DNA of 64,000 bases from Gammaproteobacteria bacterium (GCA_022823405.1 JAJDXD010000073.1:7430-71429), one strand, 5' to 3'; shown: positions 48,387-56,574, counted from the first letter of the stretch. Numbers and translations are program-made. The notes: generated by a model from the sequence alone, not told the origin.

Positions 48387-49604
48387 GTGAAGCAAGCTGT
48401 CAGAATCATGGTTTCGGTCGCAATCCTCTTGGCTACGCCGAAAACAGCAGTGGGAATTTCCGTCAGCACCATACTTCCAATTCCCGAAATAACCAAACCA
48501 GGAGCGGTTGCGGTCGATGTGCCGACAAGAAGGAACCAATTGTCCCTGTTGGCTGCAACGCACCTGTGTCCGAATTCTTTGCCATTTGGAGATGCTCTTT
48601 TGTTCGACAGTGTGTTGGCCCCGAGCGGTTATGGACTCGATGATCGATTTAACGCAGTCAGTGCTCGATTCAGAACTCTTGGTGCAGCTTGCCTGGGAGG
48701 AGTTAAAGAAGCTTGCAAATCCATTTACGACTATGCTCTGGATTGGGCTCAGAATTCAGGGCTCGGAGGGCCAAAGGGTGGCAAGAATGATGGACTCTTC
48801 TGGAATGGTACACTAACCGCCAATATGCGTCTTCTTTCCCCGATGCTCGCTGCGCTTGGTGTTGCAGAGCAAGTCAGTCCGCTTCCAACGCAAGATCGGG
48901 ATGTTTTGGACAGGTGGCTCAACACTAAAGTTGACGAATACGAACATGGAATGCGCGGCGAGGGCAGGTATAAAAGAGGAAAAGATGGCACAAGCGCGTT
49001 AAAGTCTGCTCACAACCATGCAGTTCAGTCATCGATAGTGGCGATGTCATACGGTGCTTGGAGTAATAACAAAAAGTATTTCAAGACTGGCATAAAGCAG
49101 TGGTTCATTACACTGAAATCAATGCGCAAGGACGGTAGTTTGCCGATAGAAACTCGTCGAGGGGCACGCGCTCTTTTCTATCATGGTCGTACGCTCAGTG
49201 CATTAGTGCAACTGGCAGAGAGAGCTGCTGTGCAGGGAGTCGATTTATACAATTCAGCCCCTAGGAAGAGAAAGACAATTCACCAGGCTGTGGCATTCTT
49301 TATCGACGCCATCGAAGAACCTGATTTGGTATTGAAGTATGCAAAGACCAACAAGGCTCCAGGTCCAAGCAAGAACTACAAGATCCAGGATTTGGGCGGA
49401 CTTGGCAGCACAATGGGCTGGATTGCGCCTTATATCAGCCGGTTCCCCGATCATCCCAACAGCCTGCGACTTCGGGCAATACATTCGAAACCCACGAATC
49501 ATTTGATGAGAGAGTTAGCTAGTGCCGTAAGTATCAATGGATATTCTGCCGAGTGGATTGGTGTCGACGCGAGATGCTTCTATGCAGACCCTCGCCTTCC
49601 ATAA
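48387..49604 (+). CDS. alginate lyase family protein (AlgL/PL5-like)
   Basis: 405 aa. The block NHAVQSS...LPIETRRGARALFYHGRTLSALVQLAERAAVQGVDL parallels the AlgL block NHSYW...[22 protein letters not shown]...VNGVDL (from memory). It has a weak N-terminal hydrophobic segment. The start is GTG at 48387 or ATG at 48408. Confidence 0.6.
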   Translation: MKQAVRIMVSVAILLATPKTAVGISVSTILPIPEITKPGAVAVDVPTRRNQLSLLAATHLCPNSLPFGDALLFDSVLAPSGYGLDDRFNAVSARFRTLGAACLGGVKEACKSIYDYALDWAQNSGLGGPKGGKNDGLFWNGTLTANMRLLSPMLAALGVAEQVSPLPTQDRDVLDRWLNTKVDEYEHGMRGEGRYKRGKDGTSALKSAHNHAVQSSIVAMSYGAWSNNKKYFKTGIKQWFITLKSMRKDGSLPIETRRGARALFYHGRTLSALVQLAERAAVQGVDLYNSAPRKRKTIHQAVAFFIDAIEEPDLVLKYAKTNKAPGPSKNYKIQDLGGLGSTMGWIAPYISRFPDHPNSLRLRAIHSKPTNHLMRELASAVSINGYSAEWIGVDARCFYADPRLP

Positions 49605-49760
49605 CTAGTCGGCCCTGAATAAAACACTAATCGTCGATATATCGTTGTTACTATTAAATATTGCTGTCGTTTTTCCTGGTTTGAAATTATCGGAAACGAT
49701 CTATTGATCAACTAGAGTTTCGGTCAAAAACGAACTCCGAAAGTCAAGTTCCTTGAGAGT

Positions 49761-50117
49761 TCAATTGTTTTCGTGGGTGGAATCGGAAAGTCTGGAATTC
49801 AATCCAGAGTAGTACGCCGAAATATCTTCAATATCCTTGTCGCTCAAATTAGCACTGAGTTCATTCATCACCTGATGTTTACGAACACCGGATCTGTAAT
49901 CACTAAGTGACTTCATCAGATAGTCCTGATATTGTCCGGATATGATTGGCGTCTTCTCACCGAGTACAACGTTGCCTTTTCTGTGGCAGGTCAGACACGG
50001 CTGCGCTTTGTTTCTGCCTGCTACAGCGTCACCCGTCGCTAAGCAATCATCAGGAACAGCAAGTAGGAATAATGCACCAAACAGAATCTGTGCTGCGAAT
50101 GGAATTACTTTTCCCAA
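49761..50117 (-). CDS. periplasmic class I cytochrome c
   Basis: 118 aa with a signal peptide, a single CLTCH heme-binding motif and a distal Met region (HQVMNE). Confidence 0.8.
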   Translation of the reverse strand: MGKVIPFAAQILFGALFLLAVPDDCLATGDAVAGRNKAQPCLTCHRKGNVVLGEKTPIISGQYQDYLMKSLSDYRSGVRKHQVMNELSANLSDKDIEDISAYYSGLNSRLSDSTHENN

Positions 50118-50355
50118 AGCAATGCAATGAATTAATCAACCAATCGGAAATAAAGCAATCAAAACCAGAATGTAAACCACTACAAGCCATATCGCCTAGC
50201 GTGGGAACATGGCTTGCAGTGAATACAGGACCGCCTATACACTTCCCCCGTAAAACCGACGTAAATCGAAACTACAAGATCTCAAAAGCGTTGTTTTGTA
50301 GCCGTGATCAGCTTAGTGTGTTCGTCAATTCTCGCTGATAAACAGCGACTGGACT

Positions 50356-50802
50356 TTACTGCCCCACAATATCGTCATGCATACCGCCTAACACGCCCAT
50401 AATCGTGTCATGCTCGTCCTGACCAACACCAGACGACATCATGGCTTTCGACATTTGTTCAGCAAGCGCACCGAACTCCGCTTCCGTGATATCCATACCT
50501 GTGTGAGCATCCTTCATATTCATTCCGGAATATGTACAAGGACCGCCTGTCGCCTCACAAACCTGTTCAATTAACAGCATCTTTAAGTTATCAAGATCTG
50601 TATTTGCAAAACGTGCATTGATTCGATCGTCCCCGCCAACATTGGTCAAAAATGCCTCCACAACGGTAGTAATTCCATCTGTACCACCAATTTTGTCATA
50701 CAGGCTTTTCTCTTCCGCGAGAAGGTTATCCGATGATGTTGAAATAAACAAACAAAACGAAAATGCGGCAACACCCAATACCAAATGATTTAACTTAGTC
50801 AT
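50356..50802 (-). CDS. group I truncated hemoglobin (trHbN-like) with N-terminal hydrophobic signal/anchor
   Basis: The globin core is SLYDKIGG ... INARF ... MKDAHTGMDITEAEF. The start is set at MTKLNHLVLGVAAFSFCLFISTSS. Confidence 0.75.
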   Translation of the reverse strand: MTKLNHLVLGVAAFSFCLFISTSSDNLLAEEKSLYDKIGGTDGITTVVEAFLTNVGGDDRINARFANTDLDNLKMLLIEQVCEATGGPCTYSGMNMKDAHTGMDITEAEFGALAEQMSKAMMSSGVGQDEHDTIMGVLGGMHDDIVGQ

Positions 50803-51072
50803 TGAATCTTCTCCATTAACTGATTTAGTAACGTTCAATTTAATCATTAGAACGCTTTACCCAATCCAATTCCATTATGGCACAAAATATCAAATGGTCA
50901 ATTTGGACGTAGTTGCAAAGAAATTCCAATTTGGCAAATTACCCAAATTGATGATTTCCAATCGAACATCTGGTTGTTAATTCACTCAGCTAGGGATTTT
51001 TCCAGACGACAATTAGGATGAGTGATTGGGAGACTTGCTTCAGCACACCACCTACTGGTTCAGCGATACAGA

Positions 51073-51343
51073 ATGAGCGGGGTACTATATTCTCGAAAAT
51101 ATCCTCGTATTTCATCCAAGTAATGGACGATATACGAGGATGATTACTAAATAAGTTGAAAATGAACTCAACAAAGCCCTGCAAAAGCAAGCGGCTGTCT
51201 TACTATTTTGTCCTCGTCAAGTTGGTAAAACAACACTTTCGCATGTCTAATGAAGAAAAAATGACTCGCTTTATTTGGATTTAGCAGAATTGTCGAATCA
51301 GGATAGACTCGTAAATTTGATTTCGAATACTATTCGTCAATGA
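51073..51343 (+). pseudogene. decayed AAA_14/DUF4143-family ATPase gene fragment
   Basis: Three frame-shifted pieces are present: MSGVLYSRKYPRISSK*, ELNKALQKQAAVLLFCPRQVGKTTLSHV* (Walker A) and YLDLAELSNQDRLVNLISNTIRQ*. They are collinear with the N-terminus of the intact paralog at 62060 (MYPRFVEHRVNEALADTRIVLLCGPRQSGKTTLAQ...ITLDDP). Confidence 0.6.
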
Positions 51344-51560
51344 GTTTTCAAACTTGCGAAATTTAATTCTCTATTGCAGTGTTTGTTTTGTGGCCGACTG
51401 AATTCTAGATAATTACTTCAAACCAAAGTGAATATTGGTGAATCTACAGGTTGGGTTGAATCGACTTTCGCCAGCAACCTGTCAAACTCTATATAATCTG
51501 CGGGATTGTCGCGGCTGATCAGTATCAATTTGTTGTTCGTTCAAATCTCGACAAGCGTAG

Positions 51561-51637
<77 letters not shown>

Positions 51638-51646
51638 GTGTGATAT

Positions 51647-51931
51647 GCGCCTGTAGCTCAACTGGATAGAGCAACGGCCTTCGACAAGGAGCCTTTTCAG
51701 GGAATTAAACCTGTTAAGTGGAGGGCACTGTATCGGTGAAACCTTAACGCGTAAGGGCGATGGCAATACCGAGGAAACCGTCAAACCACGGGATCCGTAG
51801 AGACTATACGTGCCCCACCTGAGATGGTGAAGATATAGTCCAGACTACAAACCGGCTGATCAACGCCGGGCAATGAAAATTGTAGTAGTATGCTAAGCCG
51901 TAGGTTACAGGTTCGAGTCCTGTCAGGCGTG
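51647..51931 (+). tRNA. tRNA-Arg (anticodon UCU) interrupted by a group I intron; exons 51647-51681 and 51893-51931
   Basis: The 5' exon is GCGCCTG-TA-GCTC-AACTGGATA-GAGC-A-ACGGC-CTT. The 3' exon is CTAA-GCCGT-AGGTT-ACAGG-TTCGAGT-CCTGT-CAGGCGT-G. The spliced anticodon loop is CUUCUAA, and the sequence is collinear with E. coli argU-type tRNA. CCA is not encoded. Confidence 0.9.
51682..51892 (+). ncRNA. group I self-splicing intron (IC3-like, 211 nt, no ORF)
   Basis: The 5' exon ends in U and the intron ends in G. Readable pairings: P1 CUU/GAG (51679-81 with 51689-91, U-G at the splice site); P2 CAGG/CCTG; P3 GGGCAC (51723-28) with GTGCCC (51810-15); P6 CCGT/ACGG; P7 GACTATA (51802-08) with TATAGTC (51834-40); P8 CACC/GGTG; P9 ACTACAA/TTGTAGT enclosing CCGGC/GCCGG. 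The order P3-P4/5/6-P7-P3'-P8-P7' is the group I pseudoknot. GTAGAGACTA...ACG.GC.CCCACCT resembles the Azoarcus tRNA-Ile intron core (from memory). Confidence 0.88.
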
Positions 51932-52000
51932 CATTTTTGGACTTCAGTTCAACACACTGCCATAGTGTAGAAACTGGAGTAATCAAGTACTTTGGTAAGT

Positions 52001-52077
52001 GGTGGGCGTAGCTCAGTTGGTAGAGCCCTGGATTGTGGTTCCAGTGGTCGTGGGTTCGAATCCCATCGTCCACCCCA
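52001..52077 (+). tRNA. tRNA-His (anticodon GUG)
   Basis: The extra G-1 is present (GGTGGGCG...). The anticodon arm is CTGGA-TTGTGGT-TCCAG, the T-loop is TTCGAAT, and the 3' end is CCACCCCA. It is near-identical in layout to E. coli hisR. Confidence 0.95.
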
Positions 52078-52112
52078 CTCTTGACCGATGCACAACCGGG
52101 GAATGAAGCCTG

Positions 52113-53072
52113 ATGCAACTGCCGTCACTCAGCGAAATTGAAAACGCTGCCGCTCAAATCGCACCATATGTATCGCCGACACCACAATACCAGTGGCCAC
52201 TCCTCAGTGATCGATGTAATTCTGAAGTCTGGGTTAAGCACGAAAACACCACACCCATCGGATCATTCAAAATTCGCGGCGGTATTACTTATATGGCCGA
52301 TCTGGACACAGATCGCGTTATCTGCGCCACCCGCGGCAATCACGGTCAGTCTGTCGCGTACGCTGCGCGTATTTTTGGGATGCGGGCAACGGTAGTTGTT
52401 CCCAAAGACAACAGTGCTGCAAAAAACACTTCCATGCGCGCATTCGGCGCAACACTGATTGAATACGGTCGAGACTTTACGGAAGCGCACGAATATGCTC
52501 ATCAGCTAGCTGATGAGCAAAATCTTCACTTTGTTCCTTCATTTCATCGCAAACTGGTCGTGGGTGTCGCCACTTGCGGACTGGAACTGCTTAAGCGTGT
52601 TCCAGACCTTGATGAAGTTTATGTTCCCGTTGGCTTGGGCTCCGAAATTTGTGCAATGATCGCCGTACGTGAAGCACTTGGACTAAAAACCGAAATAATT
52701 GGTGTAGTAGCAGACAAAGCGCCTGCATATGCACTGTCTTTTGAAAAAGGCCAGGTTGTATCAACCGATTCGGCCGACACCTTCGCCGATGGTGTTGCAG
52801 TTAGAGTTCCCGATGCAGAAGCACTCGCCATCATGACACAGCATGTTTCCCGATTCATTCGAGTGACTGAGCGAGAAATCGCTGAGGCCATGTGCATCTA
52901 CTTCACTGATACCCACCATGTTGTTGAAGGTGCCGGAGCATCTAGCCTGGCAGCCTTGATTAAAGACAAGTCTCGTTCTGACAGCCGATGCGCGGGTGTC
53001 ATTGCATCAGGTGGCAATGTCAATCAGGACCTCTACTGCAAAATTCTTAACGGCAGTTACTGCTTCGATTAA
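52113..53072 (+). CDS. PLP-dependent serine/threonine dehydratase family protein
   Basis: 319 aa with the PLP-lysine motif GSFKIRG and a glycine-rich phosphate loop region. It has no ACT/regulatory domain. Confidence 0.8.
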   Translation: MQLPSLSEIENAAAQIAPYVSPTPQYQWPLLSDRCNSEVWVKHENTTPIGSFKIRGGITYMADLDTDRVICATRGNHGQSVAYAARIFGMRATVVVPKDNSAAKNTSMRAFGATLIEYGRDFTEAHEYAHQLADEQNLHFVPSFHRKLVVGVATCGLELLKRVPDLDEVYVPVGLGSEICAMIAVREALGLKTEIIGVVADKAPAYALSFEKGQVVSTDSADTFADGVAVRVPDAEALAIMTQHVSRFIRVTEREIAEAMCIYFTDTHHVVEGAGASSLAALIKDKSRSDSRCAGVIASGGNVNQDLYCKILNGSYCFD

Positions 53073-53083
53073 GCCCGGTTCCA

Positions 53084-54646
53084 ATGACAGCCTCAAAAAG
53101 ACGCATTTCTAGAGACAGAAAGAGGCGAGGTTCTCAGTCTGTCCCACGGCTCAAATGGCAGCGGGTAGTCAATCCCTATCCACCATTTGAAATTCTATCC
53201 GCGGATCAGATTGAGACCATTCACCAGGCCACGCTGGAAGTCCTGAGAGACACCGGGATCAAATTCTTAAGCCAAAGGGCGCGTGATGTTTTCCGCAGAG
53301 CCGGTGCAGAAATCGATGATGCACAAGCGATTGTAAAACTTGATCCGGATTTGGTTGAAGAACTCGTCTCGCATACTCCTGACAGTTTTACGCTTGTTGC
53401 CCGCAATTTGAACCGTTCCATCGAAATGGGTGGCAACAACATTAACTTCGCCACTGTCGGCGGACCATCATTTATCTCCGACCTTGATGGCGGTCGGCGA
53501 AACGGAACGCTTGAAGATTTGAATAGGTTTTTCAAGATTGTGCATCAGCTTGAAATCTTTCACTTGGGCGGTGCAAGTCCATTTGAGCCACATGAACTTC
53601 CGGCAGAAACGCGGCACCTTGACAAATACCTTGCCGCAATTACCCATCACGACAAAATTTGGCTTTCCAACATGTTGGGTGCCTACCGGGCATGCGATGG
53701 CCTGAGAATGAGGGCCATTGTGCACGGTATAGACCTTGATCAACCGCCTGATGAGGTATTGACGGTAGGTAATATCAACATTAATTCACCACGGCAGGTC
53801 GATGAATCAATGTCGGATTCTCTCATTGAATTCGCAACCATGAATCAGGGCACACTGATCACGCCTTTTACTCTGCTTGGTGCAATGGCTCCAACAACGA
53901 TGGCCGGAGCACTGGTTCAGCAGAACGCAGAAGCTCTCGCCTGTATCGCTCTTTCTCAAGCCGTTCAGAAAGGTGCGCCTGTCATCTACGGCAGTTTTTC
54001 AAGCAATGTTGACATGAAATCTGGCTCCCCTGCATTCGGAACCCCAGAATATGTACGCACCACGCTGGCCAGTGCCCAACTTGCCCGGCGCTATTCATTG
54101 CCGTTCCGAGCCAGTGGTTCGAACGCCTCGAATGCCCCCGATGAACAGGCAACCTATGAAACCTGTATGTCGACATGGGCGGCGGTAATGGGTCACACCA
54201 ATCTGTTACTTCACGGTGGAGGCTGGCTGGAAGGCGGCCTCGTTGCATCGTTCGAAAAACTCATCATCGATGCGGAAATCCTACAGCTGATGGCCGAGTC
54301 TTTGAAGCCGATACCAATAAACCGAGATACACTGGCCGTTGAAGCGATCGCCGAAGTTTCTCCCGGCGGGCACTTTTTCGAATCCTCTCACACCATGCAA
54401 CGATACCAGGACATCTTCTATTCGCCACTGCTATCGGACTGGCGTAATTTTGAAACCTGGTATGACGACGGAGCACTGCACGCCTTCAAGCGCGCCAATC
54501 ATGTCTGGAAAACCTTGGAGAATGAATATGAAGCTCCGCCGCTAGACAAGTCGATCCGGGAGGAACTGGAAGCGTATGTTGTGCGTCGTAAAACCGAAAT
54601 CGAAAACGGTGACGAAGACAGAGTTCTATTCGGTCGCTGTCCCTAA
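53084..54646 (+). CDS. MttB-superfamily (trimethylamine methyltransferase family) protein, non-pyrrolysine type
   Basis: 520 aa with no in-frame stop. The N-terminus is typical of MttB homologs (PFEILSADQIETIHQATLEVLRDTGIKF). Confidence 0.8.
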   Translation: MTASKRRISRDRKRRGSQSVPRLKWQRVVNPYPPFEILSADQIETIHQATLEVLRDTGIKFLSQRARDVFRRAGAEIDDAQAIVKLDPDLVEELVSHTPDSFTLVARNLNRSIEMGGNNINFATVGGPSFISDLDGGRRNGTLEDLNRFFKIVHQLEIFHLGGASPFEPHELPAETRHLDKYLAAITHHDKIWLSNMLGAYRACDGLRMRAIVHGIDLDQPPDEVLTVGNININSPRQVDESMSDSLIEFATMNQGTLITPFTLLGAMAPTTMAGALVQQNAEALACIALSQAVQKGAPVIYGSFSSNVDMKSGSPAFGTPEYVRTTLASAQLARRYSLPFRASGSNASNAPDEQATYETCMSTWAAVMGHTNLLLHGGGWLEGGLVASFEKLIIDAEILQLMAESLKPIPINRDTLAVEAIAEVSPGGHFFESSHTMQRYQDIFYSPLLSDWRNFETWYDDGALHAFKRANHVWKTLENEYEAPPLDKSIREELEAYVVRRKTEIENGDEDRVLFGRCP

Positions 54647-54666
54647 CTTTGAACCCCGCTCTGGAA

Positions 54667-55701
54667 TCAGCATGTCACCGTCTCAACAGCATCCGAATTG
54701 TGCTTTTCTTTCTCGTTAATGACTATTCGAAGCCAATTGCGATAAAGAAGTTCAGCATGGACACGCCATGTGTTGTCAATCAGCGGTAAGATATTTGACT
54801 CTGGCAGTTCCGGCAAGTCCAAACCCTGCTCCAAAGCAAGTAAAAATTCAGTGCGGTATTCATCAAGGCTCTGCTTTGCTGAATCGGGCAAATAATTCAG
54901 CGGATAATCAGGGTAATTGGAGCGCTCTCTCAACCTGAAGCGATTGATTTCACGCTTGTATTCTTTCAACAGGCTGACTGAATCGTATTCCGGGTGCCCC
55001 TGCAGAAACACCCACCTGCTGCCGTCTTCGCTGACTGCGATACCAAAGTCCGCATCTTGACTGGAGGCAAGAACCTGAACGCCATGTGGTTCCATCTGCT
55101 CGGCGGTCATTTCAAAAACATGCGACCGCGGTTCTTCATACTGCTCAGGCAGATCCGCCATCAACGGATGTTTGGTTTGGGTTACCCGATGAGAGAATAC
55201 TCCCCACCGCTTGTCCGGCTGGCAGCGGATTCGTTCAATTCCATGAAATATCTTCAAAATGGCATGCGATGCCAGACACGAACACAAAATTGTCGGAACA
55301 TACTCATTCGCCCAGAGTACCACCTCTTCAAAGTAAGGCCAGAACTTCTCCGCAGTGATTTCAAAGTTTCCTGGGTTTGCGCCAGTCAGAACCAAGCCAT
55401 CCAGTTTGATTTTCGTGATCTCATCGAACGAAACGTAGGCCTTGGAAACATACGCCAGAGTATCAGCAGACCTTGGCAGGCCTTCGATACTAAATGGATG
55501 AATCTGAACGACGCAGTCATCAGCACCAGCCGCCAACAGTCTGTAAAACTGCCGCTCAGTCGCTCTAAGCGCCCGGTCTGGCATCATGTTTAGAAAACCG
55601 ATTTGAAGCGATGGCGTATCTGCGTTCTGCCCCGTAATTTCAATATTCTCGCAGACAAGACGCTCCCAGGAGTCTAGATCGCGATAGCGCAATAAAGGCA
55701 T
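54667..55701 (-). CDS. metA: homoserine O-acyltransferase, MetA family
   Basis: 344 aa with MetA/HTS-family sequence (LQIGFLNMMPDRALRATERQF, GANPG, a C-containing catalytic region SCLASHA). Confidence 0.8.
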   Translation of the reverse strand: MPLLRYRDLDSWERLVCENIEITGQNADTPSLQIGFLNMMPDRALRATERQFYRLLAAGADDCVVQIHPFSIEGLPRSADTLAYVSKAYVSFDEITKIKLDGLVLTGANPGNFEITAEKFWPYFEEVVLWANEYVPTILCSCLASHAILKIFHGIERIRCQPDKRWGVFSHRVTQTKHPLMADLPEQYEEPRSHVFEMTAEQMEPHGVQVLASSQDADFGIAVSEDGSRWVFLQGHPEYDSVSLLKEYKREINRFRLRERSNYPDYPLNYLPDSAKQSLDEYRTEFLLALEQGLDLPELPESNILPLIDNTWRVHAELLYRNWLRIVINEKEKHNSDAVETVTC

Positions 55702-55734
55702 GAGTTAATCTTGGATTTACAGATTGGGATTAAT

Positions 55735-56574
55735 TCAGTCGTCCAAAACGGTGCAGACAAGATCAACAAAATCCTGTTCATCACGCACACGGTCCAGTTC
55801 ATCCGCTGCAATGGTATAGCCGTACTTTTTGGCGATGCGTTCATACTTTGGTCGACGAGAGTGCACCAGCTTTGGAAAGATCCATCGAACGAACTGATTG
55901 GGATCAATTTGGTCGGTTTGTGTCAACTGATTCGTTTCCAAATACTCAGCCAATTGCACTTCAAGAAAATTCGCTTCATAGTAGAGCGGTTTTGGATGCT
56001 TGATCTGCCGTTCAATAATTTCAGACTCAAACTCCGGACTCACGTCGATCAACAAAATTAGCGTCTGTCGGGCCAGTTCTTCAAGCACGCGTTCGTCGCC
56101 TAATTCACACAAACTACCGCTTGAATCATTAACAAAATTGTCGTAGCCGTATATCGACTTCGCTTTGCCGACAAACTCCCCGACGTCGTACATGGACTGA
56201 ATTTCGGCCTCACGGTGCAATTCCTGACGCCGCATGAACTCTTCCAACGGCAGTCCTCCTTTCGTCTGGTCACCCAGCATCCCGACGAACTTGGATAGAA
56301 GGTCCAGATTTTCGAATGTCATGGCACTTTCGATGCTAATGGAATCGCTGCGCAGCAAATCCCTGAGAAAGTCAATTTGCATCGCCTTTTCCTTGATGTT
56401 ATCAATGATTGGTTCATCCAGATAGCGAGTGCCAATGCGATAGTCTGCAGAATAGTGAAACCAGGAAGTTGTAGGGAGTTTGCGCGCCAGCGTTGTCTTT
56501 CCACAACCCGACATGCCCATCAGAGTTACGATCTTGCGCTCGGCACTTTTGAACTCTTTTTTAGTCAATTTCAT
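55735..56574 (-). CDS. P-loop NTPase/kinase-like protein of unknown function
   Basis: Walker A GMSGCGKTTLARKL lies near the N-terminus. The start is set at MKLTKKEF. No further family was recognised. Confidence 0.55.
   Translation of the reverse strand: MKLTKKEFKSAERKIVTLMGMSGCGKTTLARKLPTTSWFHYSADYRIGTRYLDEPIIDNIKEKAMQIDFLRDLLRSDSISIESAMTFENLDLLSKFVGMLGDQTKGGLPLEEFMRRQELHREAEIQSMYDVGEFVGKAKSIYGYDNFVNDSSGSLCELGDERVLEELARQTLILLIDVSPEFESEIIERQIKHPKPLYYEANFLEVQLAEYLETNQLTQTDQIDPNQFVRWIFPKLVHSRRPKYERIAKKYGYTIAADELDRVRDEQDFVDLVCTVLDD

Noticed and set aside
50990-51190. 66-aa minus-strand ORF between the hemoglobin gene and the tRNA cluster
   Set aside because: It overlaps the plus-strand ATPase pseudogene fragments, which explain the region better. 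It has no motifs of its own.
51647-51720. Reading the tRNA 5' half as an uninterrupted tRNA-Arg with anticodon TCG (loop CTTCGAC)
   Set aside because: There is no anticodon-stem 3' strand, T-arm or acceptor 3' strand directly after it. The matching 3' half lies 211 nt downstream. Only the U34 junction satisfies the group I rule of exon-terminal U and intron-terminal G.
51682-51892. Homing endonuclease or other ORF inside the group I intron
   Set aside because: The intron is only 211 nt and its peripheral loops are short, so there is no open reading frame of meaningful length.
51804-52118. 104-aa ORF on the minus strand spanning the intron 3' part, tRNA-Arg exon 2 and tRNA-His
   Set aside because: It lies entirely antisense to structured RNA genes (tRNA T-arms translate into it). 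It has no ribosome-binding site or recognisable family and is an artefact of the RNA cluster.
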